In this document: piece after piece, positions 1-12,503 of the stretch
How positions within the stretch are numbered: the stretch's first letter is position 1
How the letters are laid out: each line of letters begins with the position of its first letter
Source: Azolla caroliniana
Taxonomy: Eukaryota > Plantae > Polypodiophyta
Reading direction: 5' to 3'
Length of the DNA: 64,000 nucleotides
Assembly (NCBI GenBank): GCA_043228905.1
Contig: JBHGNT010000004.1
Coordinates: forward strand, 22,940,001-23,004,000
Translations under genes and position numbers: made by a program
The notes under the pieces: generated by a model
The model's database searches: none
Seen by the model: the letters and a program-made list of their open reading frames with translations, nothing else
Told to the model about the DNA's origin: nothing

Positions 1-81
1 ATCTATGTATCTATGTATCTATGTATCTATGTATCTATGTATCTATGTATGTATCTATGTATGTATCTATGTATGCATGTA

Positions 82-112
<31 letters not shown>

Positions 113-468
113 GTGTGTGTGTGTATGTGTATATGTGTGTATGTGTGTATGTGTGTATGTGTATGGATGCATGTATGTATGTGTATGCATATATCCATAT
201 GACAATGTACATGATTCAATGTGTATGGATGTGTGATTGTAATATGTGCATAATATTTATGTACATATATATATCTAATGTATGTATATGTAGTAATGTA
301 TAAATGAATATAGGTATGTCCATGTATGAATGTACATATGTGTATGCATATGTAATGTATGTATGTATATGCATATATGCATATGTCAATGTACATGATT
401 CAATGTATATGAATGTGTGATTGTAATATATGCATATGCAATGTATGTATGTTCATGCATGAATGTAC

Positions 469-529
<61 letters not shown>

Positions 530-1131
530 ATATGTAATATATGTATGTGTAACAGTGGTTGCATATATGCATACATGAGTGTGTGGATGTTTATTCGTAA
601 TATTTATGTATGTGTATGTGTATGTGTATGTATATATGTATTTATTGTAGTTGGTGATGATATATATGTACATATGTAATGTATGTATGCATGTGTATGT
701 AATGTATTTATGTGGATGGATGTCTATTTGTAAAACCTATAACACTACAGGCATATGTACGTATATATATGGTGATATGTGGAACATGTACATGTACATA
801 TGTAATGTATGTATGTGTATGCATATATGTATATGTCAATATACATCATTCAATGAGTATGAATGTGTTTGTAATATGTGCATATTATGTACATGTATAT
901 ATCCAATGTATGTATGTGTATGTATATGTGTGTGTGTGTGTATGTGGTCATATGTATGTAATGTATGAATGTATGAATGTATGTATGTGTATATATGTAA
1001 TGTATTTATGTATGTATATTTTTGGGATATTTTCATATTTAGTATGTATATGGCTCGTATATGGATGTATGTTTGTAATATGTACGTAATATGCATGTAT
1101 ATATCCAATGTATGTGTAAGTGTACATATAT

Positions 1132-1174
<43 letters not shown>

Positions 1175-1455
1175 GTATTGTGGTCCAATATAATCTATAT
1201 ATATGGTGATATGTGGAATATGTATGTACATATGTAATATATCTATGTATGTATCTATATATGTATGTATATATGTAATTTATGTATGTGTAAATTTGTA
1301 TATTGTGTAATAGGTATGGATTATATGCTATGTAATATCTAATTTATTTATGTGTGTGTGCACATGTATATACATAATATACATGTATGTAATATATGTA
1401 ACTTGTTTGTACATTGTAAATATGAAGATTTGTATACATATAATATGTAATCTTA
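1..1455. repeat. Compound microsatellite/minisatellite tract ((ATCTATGT)n, (TG)n, (TATG)n)
   Basis: Pure TG runs near 472-520 and 1136-1172, ATCTATGT repeats at 1-70, and longer recurring blocks (tgtacatgattcaatgt near 206 and 391). ORFs here are low-complexity artefacts. Confidence 0.95.
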
Positions 1456-1646
1456 GGTTTTTTTTTTTCCAAAATGAAGCTACTTTACCATTAGTTAGGA
1501 AGGATTATTACATAGAGAGTCTACAAGGAGACTTATACACACATCGGGGAGTCTTCCTCCGATCAAGTAAAAGAAGATGAGCCTACTTACGAAGCCTTGC
1601 GGCCTAACTTAATGTAAGAAGCTACCTATATCTAAGGCGATGCCCT

Positions 1647-4600
1647 TCAATGTTGCCTAGTACGAGTCGGCTCTTGGGGCCTACAACGAAGAGAGGGTGG
1701 TAGGTGAGTAGGAAACAACCAACGTGGGGACTGGTAGTTCCACCTCGGGCCACTCCCGCCTTGCATCACCATAGGTGTGTTCCGCCATTTCTGCCAAAAG
1801 CGCAAACGGGCAGAGACCACGTCGTTGGAGTGGCTGCAAACCTCTTCCAGTTGCCCTCGTAGGTAGTTGATAAGCGTGAACCATATGTCCATGATCACTT
1901 CCTCCGGGGGCCGTACCGTACCTTGGAAAACCTTGAGGCAACGCGCTTTCCATATATACCACAAGGTGAAACCTGCGATCAACATCCAGATTTCTGGAAA
2001 CCTAGGGGATGCAGGCTGCAAGCCTCTTTCAAAACGGATCTTGACAATTTTGCCTCTCATGCATACATAGCACCAACTATCCGCATTGTCGGTGTCCGTC
2101 CACCCTTCAACCGAGTGATCAATCCATGCCGCAACGCTCCACGAGGTTGTTCCTTCAACTTCACATGCCGCAAGGAGGCGAGTCACTCTATCCCATACCT
2201 TTTGAGCTTGAGGGCAATCCCACAGACAATGTCTCAGAGTCTCAATAGGTCGAGAGCACAGTGGGCAGCCTAACGGGTCGCCACGTTTATCTAGCCATTC
2301 ACCAACATGCACCACATTATGACCAATCTGCCACCAAAAGACCTTGATCTTTTCAGGCATGTGGAGACGCCAGAGACCCTTCCCAAAGGTAATGAGCGCC
2401 TCATCGGGGATGCCCAATGTTCACCAGCCATTGTGAAGGGGGTTGCCTCGCTGCAGCTGCAAAGTCCGACCCAATTTAGTGGTGTAATCGAAGAAGTGAT
2501 GGAGTCTATCGTCATGTTTCCATCTAAAATCCCCTGGATCCCAATCCAGATCGACAAGGGGGCGACAACCGTATACCCTTAACCTCCAATGGGGTTCCAC
2601 CTTAGTAACATCTGGGTCTGTCTTCCAGATGTTATCAACCTGTGCCACCACTCGGATTGGGTGCCAAGAGCCCCTGCTCTGACTGTCCCCAAAAACTGTA
2701 TCTCTCCCCGATCCGCTCACACCCTTTAGCAACTTGACCATTCCAACCTCGTCAAAGAGACCGAACCATGCATGTTCTCTCGCCTCCCCCATCGGAACCC
2801 TGTCAACTACCTCAACTATCAGTCTCCTCATTTTCGTAGCTCCCTTGAGGGGAGGGAAAAGGTCCTCTTGGGCTATTCCCGAAACAACCATGCGTCTCCA
2901 ATCGTCTATAGATAGGAGGCGTGTTTGTGCCAGCTTTCCCCATGCTAGGCCCTTAAGTTGCCCTAGCATCGTGTCGTCACTTGTTTGCACGTGAGGATTC
3001 CAAAATAGTGGTTGTCTAGTCTATTTTGTCAATGTCTCCGGGGTGTCGTAGATGGCACCATGCCCGCAAGATGGAGTTCGCGACCCTGTCCTTCGGATGG
3101 CAAGCTAGCTTGGGTGGGACTCTGCTCGTGCAACATCAATTCAAGGAGTCGGGCCAAGGCCTACCATACTTGGGAGTCCCTGCTTGCAGCCTGTTGCGAA
3201 GTAGTACCTTCCAACACCCCTTACCTGGCAGGAGGCAGCGAACCACCATTTTAGCCAGCAATGAACGACTCTGCATTAAGGGGTCTATGAGGCCAAGCCC
3301 CCCTTTGGCCCGTGGTTGCGTTAACCAACACCATGACACTCTGGCGGCAGCCTTTGGGTTGTCCTTACCTAACCATATAAACCCCCTGATGGCAGCCTTA
3401 ATCGTGTGCAGACCTGCAGGGTCCATAATCCAGCATGAGACTGAGTGCCACATGGTAACGAGCAGCACTTGGTTCGCAACAAGGACCCTACCAGCGAAGG
3501 ATAATTTAGATCTACTCCATTGGGTCAACTTCCTATTTATTTTGGCTTGTACGTGGGCCAATTGCGCTCCCTTGGGGATTGACCTCCCCATCGTAAATCC
3601 AAGGTACTTGAATGTCGTCCCATCAGGGACCCACATAAAATCGGCATGGGGTTGCCATCTTGGTTTCTCTTGTTCGCTGAACCATAGGCCTTGGGTTTTA
3701 TTCCAATTGATCTTGGCACCAGCCGCCTGACAAAAGTCCTCGACAAGATATTCAGCCTGTTGCAAATTCTCCTCATCACCTTGCAAGAAAAGAACCGTAT
3801 TGTCGGCATATTCAGATAACAACAAATCTTCAATCGCATTGGGGATGGGCAATCCGCGCAGCCCGTTGGTTGGTGCTTGTAAGTAGGCAGAGAAAGCCTC
3901 AGTTACAAAGAGATAGAGATATGGGGCGAGGGGACAACCTTGCCTCACTGAGCGTTGTAGTTGGAAGGGGGATCCCCTAGAACCAGCCATCAACACGCTA
4001 CTCGTAGCTGTCCGATAGACTGCAGAAGTGCAATTCCTCCATTTTTGAGGTAGGCCCAAAGCTCTCATCACATTTTCCAAAAAGGGCCATAGCACCCTGT
4101 CGTAGGCCTTCTTGAAGTCTAACATCAGAATAGCCAAGCTCGATACGGAGCGGCCGGCCAATGCCATAGCTTCCCAAAGAAGCAACACATTATCAAAGAT
4201 ACACCTGTTCTTGAAAAATCTAGGTTGATTGTCATGTATCGAGCTAACCGTCGAGCTAGAACTGTAGCGAGTATCTTGTATGGCGTGTTAAGGATCGTGA
4301 TTGGACGCCACTAGTGCAACTCTAGGCTTTGCTCTGAAGCTTTGGGGATGAGATATATCATCCCCTCAGCCAAACCAATCGGCATCTTTCCTGAGGACCA
4401 AATCTCTTGAACTCCGGCTTCTAAAGACGGGATAATACATTCCCAATGAATCTCGAAGAAATCTTGTGAGAGACCATTGGGGCCGGGGCATGCACCCCTT
4501 CGTAATCCCCTAAGCGCCTCCGAGAGTTCTAAACGAGAGATGGGGCTATCAAGCACAACTTCCATCGCCTGGGTTACCTTGGGGTGAATGCAAGACATCA

Positions 4601-5910
4601 CTCGATCATTCAGCTCCGTGTTTTGCCTCACATGCATAGGTGCGAGGAGGTCACAATAGTATTGTGTTGCCATTTCTAGAATCTCAGTCTTGTCCTCCGT
4701 TATCGAGCCGTCTGGTTTGCGCAACCCTTGTATACGTCCACCACCACCCTTGGGTGCCTTGTAGTGAAAGAAATATCGGTTGACCTTGTCATCTTTTCCA
4801 GCCCACCATGTTGCGTTTCTTCAAAACAACATTTGGTTCTTCTCCAAAGTCCTTTCCTGTACCTTCATATTTGCTTCCTCCAACTTAGTTCTAGACCAGT
4901 TGCAACCAGGGTCTACCTGTAGCAGCCGTTGCGCTGCCGCAACGGCCTTCCTTAATTTTGTTTCAATGGCTCTAACCTGTTGGAGGGCGCGCTTGGTCTC
5001 CTGTTGTAAGGAGGAGGAGAGGGCCAATTTTTTCTACAAATCTTCGCTGGTTGATTCACTGCCCATGGTGTCCTACCATATAGTTTGTAAACTGGCCTTC
5101 ACCTCTTCACTCTTCATGATCTTTGTGGGGATCTTCAATTTGAGACTGCCCTTGCTATCGTTGGGTGGGTTAAGGTCTAGTCTCACCGGCTGATGATCTG
5201 AAAAGATAAGACCTGCCAAGATAGCAAAGGAGCCCCCAAGCTCTTCGAGGGATGAGCTGATGTATATGCGATCTAGCCGTGCAAGACTACCGCCCCTAGC
5301 ATTCCCGACGGCTTTGGAAAAGTGCAGCGAATGTGAGCTTCTCCTAAGGGAAGAGCCCCATGTATCCTTCACCCCGATTTTGCCAATTAGGAAAGCCCAT
5401 GAATCCAGCTCCACACCATAATAAATAGGCCTCTAGGTCCCTCCTTTCCTATCTCCCAGGTCTTCAGTCATGTTGAAATCACCTGCCATTACCCAAGCCT
5501 CGGCATCAGGTAATGTTGTCGCTAACATCCTCCAAAAGATTGCTCTCTCAGGGGCTGAGTTAGGGGCATAAATGTTTAGCACCCCAATCTGTAGGCAATT
5601 CCATTTCAGAAGCACGTATAAGGCCCAACCCTCCACCAGCGTGCCAGATGATGTTAACTTCATATCTGGCCATATCGTTGATCGAGATGCAGACCCCTCC
5701 TCTTTGGTGGAGGTCACCCTTCGCAACTGACCACCATGTGGTCCACCCACCCGACAAGGGGTTTACTAAGCTCGGAGTTCGCTCTTGCGAGAGGTGGTGT
5801 TCTTGCAAAAGCAATATGTCAATATGGCCCCCTGTATTAAGGGGATTCAGCTCCTCTTGGTGTTGTCGGCCTCCACCAAGGCCCTGTACATTCCACATTA
5901 GGATCCTCAT
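1647..5910 (-). pseudogene. LINE ORF2 (APE endonuclease, reverse transcriptase, zf-RVT), disrupted
   Basis: Collinear ORF fragments 5560-5910, 5433-5750, 5073-5414, 4311-4724, 3136-4188, 2421-2990 and 1647-2417. Confidence 0.9.
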
Positions 5911-7110
5911 CCGAAAACGGTGATGTTGACGCCCATGTTCGGGCCGATCCCCATGTTATGGGCCAAACTAACACCTGTTTCGGGGGGTTTGGTCTCCACA
6001 GCAAGCTGCAAATCCCCTGTGGGATTCTTAGCTGGTCGTTCCCGACCCGCTTCAAATAGATCCCGCGATACATTTGTGCTCTGAAGCGGTGGCACATCTT
6101 GCATCCCTCTATCTAAGTGAGTCGTCGCCAAACCAGGTGTTGGTCTGCCTATCTTACCCTTTCCTTTGTCCTTGAGCTTGCCCGTCCGGATCCACGATTT
6201 CACTAATCTGAGGCCACTACCACATTCACGTTCTAGCGGAAGGGGGGCCTTTGCCAACTTCTCTTCCGGGGTGGACGGTACAAGTTGGGGTTGCATCTCC
6301 ATCGGGGTAGAGAACACGAGTTCAGGCTCTCGTGGGGAAAGGCATGAGGAGTCGCATGGGGACAACATTGCTGCCAACGCTTCTGGGTTGCCATCCCCTA
6401 ACCCTTGAAGAAGTGTAAATTTGTTGGTAGCTCTCACCTGTAGGTCGGGTGCCTCGGCACTCCCGGAGAGGATCTTTACCCATTTCAAGAGTTGCTCGTC
6501 CGCGCTTGCTGGTGACAAGGTAGCGGGACTTCTTTCGAAGGGGTGGTCATGAAAAAGGGTGAAAGAGGAGGCACCTAGGCCTCCAAGTTTCCCTTTCTTC
6601 TTAACGGGTAGCCAAGGAGCCTCGTCACCCTTGGTTGTCCCGACTTTGCCCGAGGGTCAAGGTCCTGAGCTTCCCTTTCCAGTCTTGCGAGGACACGCCT
6701 TAGCTAGGTGTCCTGTCTGTTTGCAAATGAAACACTGCCCCGGGAGTCCCTCATAAACCACTTTCACCACTGTGAGACCTAGCTCCTCAGAGTAGAGTCT
6801 AATCCTTGATGGAAGTCCATGGAGGGAAGGCACCAAGATGCGCAACTTGGGCACCTGCGCAACTGTGTCTGCCATTGACGCTTTTTGAGGACATATCATC
6901 CCTATTTGTTCGCCAAAAAGAGGGAGCAAATGGCACAAATGGGGAGGGAGGCCAGGAAATGTTGCGATGATCACCCTAGGGTTGTTGAGTTTCCGTAACT
7001 CTTCAATTGGATTGAACCTTGGTGACCATGGCTGGAGCAACACCTTGTCGTACTTCAGTTCGAGTACCTTGAGCTCGACCAATGGTTGCGCCAGCGAGCC
7101 ATTACCTAAT
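5907..7110 (-). pseudogene. LINE ORF1 (zinc-knuckle protein), 5'-truncated, in-frame stop
   Basis: ORF 6657-7133 with PW..F and CX2CX4HX4C motifs, then a low-complexity tail (5907-6518) whose stop overlaps the ORF2 ATG (ATGA). Confidence 0.8.
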
Positions 7111-7119
7111 AAATTGTAA

Positions 7120-7425
7120 AAATGTGTATACATACATATATATATATATATATAATATGTAATTTTTATGTATGTATTATGTATATATGTATGTCAATAT
7201 ATATGGCTGATTCTAATATGTATGTAATATGTAATGCATGTATGTACATGTATGTACATATTTACATATGGTCATATATATATTTGTACATATATTTATG
7301 TTTAGTCAGTATGCATGTATAATGGGTGTAATGTACGTATATACATATTCATGGATGTAATGTTTGAATGTAGGTATATATGGATGCATGCATGTGTATG
7401 TATTTATGTATGTATATATGCTATT
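7120..7425. repeat. Continuation of the TATG/TA microsatellite tract
   Basis: Same composition as 1-1455, so the LINE appears to have inserted into this tract. Confidence 0.85.
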
Positions 7426-7613
7426 CCAAATTTGAGTATTGTTTGCATAATACATTCTTTACTATCTCATTGAAATATCTAATATTTCATGGGCTTATGT
7501 AATTTCTTTTCCAGCATAATTGATAAAACCCTTATGTAAATATATTTTCAAATCCTTATGAATACCCTTATATATATATTTTTTGTATCTCACTGATTAA
7601 TTTAAACCCCTTT

Positions 7614-8081
7614 TGATGAACTCACATTATTAGATATCTAAGCACTAAAGTAAGCTTAAGATAAGGATAAACAAATGATAGATAGAAAGGAGAAAGAGAA
7701 AGAAGGGTGCCGATCCACCCGACCACCCCGAGCGAAGGGATCGAGACGGACTCGAGCCTCGATCGGCGTCCCATACCACCGCCGTGGCGTCGAGTCGTAC
7801 CTGGTGCTGGCGCGCTCGCTACAAGAGTTGACCCACCACAAGAGCAAAGTCTCGATGTAGTCAAAAGATGATCAAATGAGGGTAGCTAGGCCTCTTATTT
7901 ATAGCGATACCCAAGGCCCCCAGGCAAGTTCACAATTGACCTAATGGGTTGTCTCAATCCCGAGGATTAAAAGTAATCCTCCCCTTCTTTACACTCTCGT
8001 TTAACCCTCACACTTATCCACGTGTATAGAATACTATGGTAAATTCTCACCACGGGATATTAAATGGTCATGCCCGTAACA
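7614..8081 (-). repeat. 3' LTR of the gypsy element
   Basis: Begins TGT right after the PPT (8082-8093) and probably ends ...TCATCA at 7614. TATA-like CTATAAATAA near 7895-7904. Similar to the LTR at ~53373-54396. Confidence 0.75.
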
Positions 8082-11000
8082 TACTCCCCCTCTTTAAAAC
8101 ATTGCACTCTTGCAATGGAAAGTTAGGGAAATTAGTTCTGAGAGTATTTTCGCATTCCCATGTGGCATCTTTTATTGATTTATCCATCCATTTTATTTTA
8201 AATTCTCGGATTTCTTTAGTACGTAATTTTTTTGTTTTAACATCGAGAATTCTTTCTGGTACATGTGGTTTAGAAGATAATTCTTCAGAAGTAACCAGAG
8301 TTTCAGTTGTAACTGTATTGTCGCCAGAACCTAGAAGTTCTTTTAGACGACTCACATGAAAGACTGGATGAATTCCGACACCATCGGGAAGAGCGAGACG
8401 ATAGGTTGATGACCCAATGCGTTTGAGGACTGTAAAAGGTCCACAAAACCATGGGGCTAACTTAGCGCACTTACCCGTAGACAATGTCTTAGAATTGTGA
8501 GGTACACGTAAAAATACCTTCTGTCCAGGGTTGAATACACGAGGTTGCCTATGATGATCGGCATAAAAACGCGCTCTATCTTGAGTTCTTTTTATATTAT
8601 CTCGTGCAATATGCAACATATCTTGCATATCCCGAAGAAAATTTTGCGTACTTCGCAACTCATCATGATGTATATTAACATCAATTGGGTCTCGTGGCTG
8701 AAAACCATACATCAACATAAAAGGACTATATCCCGTCGACGTATGCTTGGAGTTGTTATAAGCAAACTCCAAAATTGGGAGATAACATTCCCATTTTGTT
8801 GGTTTTGCACCAACGTATGCTCGAAGCATGTCCTCAATAATTTGATTTACTCGTTCTGTCTCTCCATCGGATTGAGGATGATCTGTGGAGCTCATGCTCA
8901 ACGTAGTTTCTAACTTCTTAAAGACTTGCGTCCAGAAGTCACTAGTAAATTTTGGATCTCGATCACTCACAATATCCATCGGTAACCCATAAAAATGAAA
9001 CAATTCGTCAACGAATTGGTAAGCCAATTCAGGAGCTGTTACCGTGGTTTTAGTAGCAATAAATCTGGCCATTTTAGTTAGTCGATCAACGACAACCCAG
9101 ATGGCATCATGACCTTTTTGGGTGCGAGGAAGGCTAACAATAAAATCCATGGATATACTTTCCCACTTATTATTGGGAATGTCCAAGGGATGTAAAAGTC
9201 TTGCGGCTTTAAGTCGTTCGGCTTTGTTAACCTGACACTGGTGACATTTAGTCACATAGCTATGTATGTCAGGACGCATCTTAGGCCAATAAAATTGAGT
9301 GGAGATGAGAACGAGTGTACAATGTATTCCAGGGTGCCCTGCAGAGGGTGCATCATGGCATTAAAAAAGAATCCTCTTTTTGACCTCGGGTAAATCTGGA
9401 ACACAAACCTTCCCATTACGGTAGAGCAAACCGTTAGCAATGTGGAAGTATTCCTTCGAGGATGTGGTGGTGTCTGTTCCAGACTCAACTCTTGCCCAGT
9501 ATTTTGCAAAATAACTGTCATCACGATACTTTCCTCGAAGGTGATCATAAAGATATGATGTTATTTCAGTGAAGCTAAGCATGTTAACTTCACGGATGCG
9601 ACTTAGTGCATCAGCGACAGTGTTCATGGAACCTTTACGATATCGTATGGAAAAATCAAAGTCTTGGATGAGATCAGCCCATCGTGCCTTACGACCTTTC
9701 AGGTCTTGTTGGTCAAAAAAATATTTCAAGGACTCGTGGTCCGTAGTTACCACAAAGCGATTTCCATAAAGATAATGGCGCCATGTTTTGAGCGCATGTA
9801 TAACTGCAAATAATTCCTTTTCTTGAACGGTATACCGACATTGAGTAGAATCAAGTTTCTTACTCTCGAATGCTATTGGTTTACCATCTTGATACAAGAT
9901 AGCACCTATAGCATAATCGCTTGCATCGGTTTCAACCTCAAAAGGTTTTGAAGGATCAGGTAAAAGAAGTGAAGGAGCCTTGCAAACCAGGTCCTTGAGT
10001 TCCTTAAAGGCGAGGTCTAGTGTAGCATTCCACACAATAGGTTTTGTAGACTTACGCGTTTGACCTTTTAAAAGATCAGTAAACGGTGTCGTCAATTGGG
10101 AGTAATTACGAAGAGACTTTCGCAAAAACCCGACAAAACCAAGGAATGATCGAACTTCTCGAATATTCCGAAGAGTGGGCCAAAGCTTGATTTTCTCAAT
10201 GCGAGAAGGATCAATTTCAACTCCTCGTTCGGTTATGAGATGTCCTAGATAAGTAATTGATTTCTTGAAGAACTCACATTTTGAGATCTTTGCATAAAAC
10301 TGTTTGTCACGCAATGTTTGTAAAACAAAGCGGACATGTCTAGCATGTTCTTGTAATGTACGGCTATAAACTAAAATATCATCCAAGAAAATAACGACAA
10401 ATTTTCCAAGTTGTTCTCGGAAAATGTCATTCATTTCTTGTTGAAAAGTAGCCGGAGCATTGGTCAAACCAAAAGGCATAACCAAAAACTCATAATGGCC
10501 ATAGCGCGTACGAAATGTCGTTTTAGGAACATCGTCCTCACTTATTCGTATTTGATGGTAGCCAGTACGGAGATCAAGTTTCATAAAATACTGAGCTCCT
10601 TAGAGACGGTCAATTAGATCATCAGCCCGGGGCAATGGGTACGAATTCTTGATCGTCACTTTATTCAAGCGTCGGTAATTAATACACATACGCCATGTGC
10701 CCTCTTTCTTTTTAACCAAGAGAACTGGTGCACCCCATGGAGATTTCTATAACGTATATAACCCATTCGTAAATAGTCCTTGAGTTGCTTAGATACCTCA
10801 TCTTCTTCGGATCAACTTAAGCGATACGGAGGTATACTTATTGGTGCAACACTAGGTACAATATCTATACGATGGTCTATATTACGTTTAGGAGGTAACC
10901 CATCAGGTAGTTCACTTGGAAAAACATCATGAAAATCATTTAAGATTTCATCAAGTTGTTGTTGTTCAAAATATGTTAATTAAACCGGGACATTATCGAT

Positions 11001-12503
11001 ATTGTAAATGTGAATGTCCGGATCAAGTACACAATAAAATAATGTACAACAAGACAACTCGGATATTGATGGACACGAGGAAACAATCGAGAGGGATTGT
11101 TTTTTTACACATTGAATAAAATGCATACAATCGTTTAGTACAAAAGAAATGGAATGACGAACCCAATCAATAAATAAAGAAGAGTTTTTATTATAAAACC
11201 AGGGATAACCCAGTATTACATCGGTGGTACAAAGATTCATTACATGGAAGTCTACTTCCTCTATATAAGTATCAATAGAAATTCTTAATGAATGAATCGC
11301 CCCGTTGATGTATTGTACTCTTCCATCAGCCAAGTGCACCGTGTAGGTGTGATCACTTACGGTGGGTTGGATTCCCCATATCTGAACCAAACGATCATTC
11401 ACAAAATTGTGTGAGCTTCCCGAATCAAATAAAAATTGTACGGGAGATCCATTGATATACCCGTTTGCACGTAGTAAATCATTGGGACCCAATACATAGT
11501 GAGGGAAAGAACATTGACAATTACTTAAATGATGTGTATAGACCTGAAGGACATTAGGAATCTGACCTTTATGGTCTGCAGCTTTAGCTTTGTTGGCGTG
11601 CTCTTTCCGTTGGAGCTTTTGACATTGATCTTTTGTATGACCCTTCTTTTTGCAGAATACCCAAAAAGGATGTTGTCGCTTACAATCGCGATCTAGGAAT
11701 TCGTTGGGTGTCTTGCGTTTCCCAACAAATTGCGACTGCTTAGTCCCAGGCACTTCGTTGGGTTTGTTATGGTCCTTCTTCGAAGTGCGTTGATAGCGAA
11801 GAACTATTTCAACGGCCTCTTCGAAGGATTTTGGATCCTTATCATGCACTATCCAGTGATAGTCCGAATTGGGGATGCCATTGACAAAACAAGCTATCAA
11901 CCAATTGTCCCCTTCTAGACCCGATTTTTGGATTTGGGTTCTAGCATGGTGAACATAGTCTTCTAGCGAGGAAAATTTCCTGCTAGAGAGGTTCATTAAA
12001 GCTTGTGTTGCCTCGGTTCGAGAGGGAGGTTGCAGAAATTGGCCCTTAAAAACCGTGACAAAATCTGTCCAGGTATCGGGCAATTTCCCCATAGTACGGA
12101 GCCCACGCCACCAGGCGGCGGCCTTACCCCCGAGTTCTCAGCGGACATATGCAATCTTCGTACTATCTGGCGTGGGATAGAGCTCAAAATGAGACTCCCA
12201 TGATCGTCCCAGCCATGTGCAGATTGCTTCTTCGGTTCTTTCCTTTTTGTCTCCCGTAAATGGCTTAACGACAAATGATGGTTCACCTTGTCGCTCATCA
12301 GGTCTATTAGTCTCACGTTGTAGACTAATGACACGTGCCTCGAGAGCACTTTGAGATTGTCGAAGTTCGGTCATCTGTTGAGCGGTGAAACTAAGGTATT
12401 GGGTTATTTGTGCCAAATACATCTTAGTGGACATTTGTCCAGGAGGATTCCCTTGAGTTCCTTCCGCTTGAGCGGATGACATCGGGTCGTTAATTTGAGC
12501 CAT
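8068..12503 (-). pseudogene. Gypsy gag-pol polyprotein, broken by a few frameshifts and stops
   Basis: ORFs 12138-12503, 10980-12092, 9361-10584 and 8068-9279 carry successive gag/PR, RT/RNase H and IN/chromodomain motifs. Confidence 0.92.

Larger units (their letters stand above)
1458..7110 (-). mobile_element. L1-clade LINE retrotransposon, 5'-truncated within ORF1, degenerate
   Basis: Poly(T) on the plus strand at 1458-1468 (poly-A tail). In element order: ORF1 CCHC knuckle (CFICKQTGHLAKAC), endonuclease (MWNVQGL, LQEHH, GDFN, SDHQPV), RT (LDFKKAYDRV, RQGCPLAP, YADN), zf-RVT (CPLC..ETLRHCLWDC). Many stops and frameshifts. Confidence 0.93.

Noticed and set aside
5-1580. Many overlapping ORFs rich in C/V/M/Y or H/T/I
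   Set aside because: Translation artefacts of TG/TATG microsatellites.
1455-7165. TSD for the first LINE (tataatatgtaat on both sides)
   Set aside because: The match is not flush with the element ends and is expected by chance in the surrounding microsatellite.
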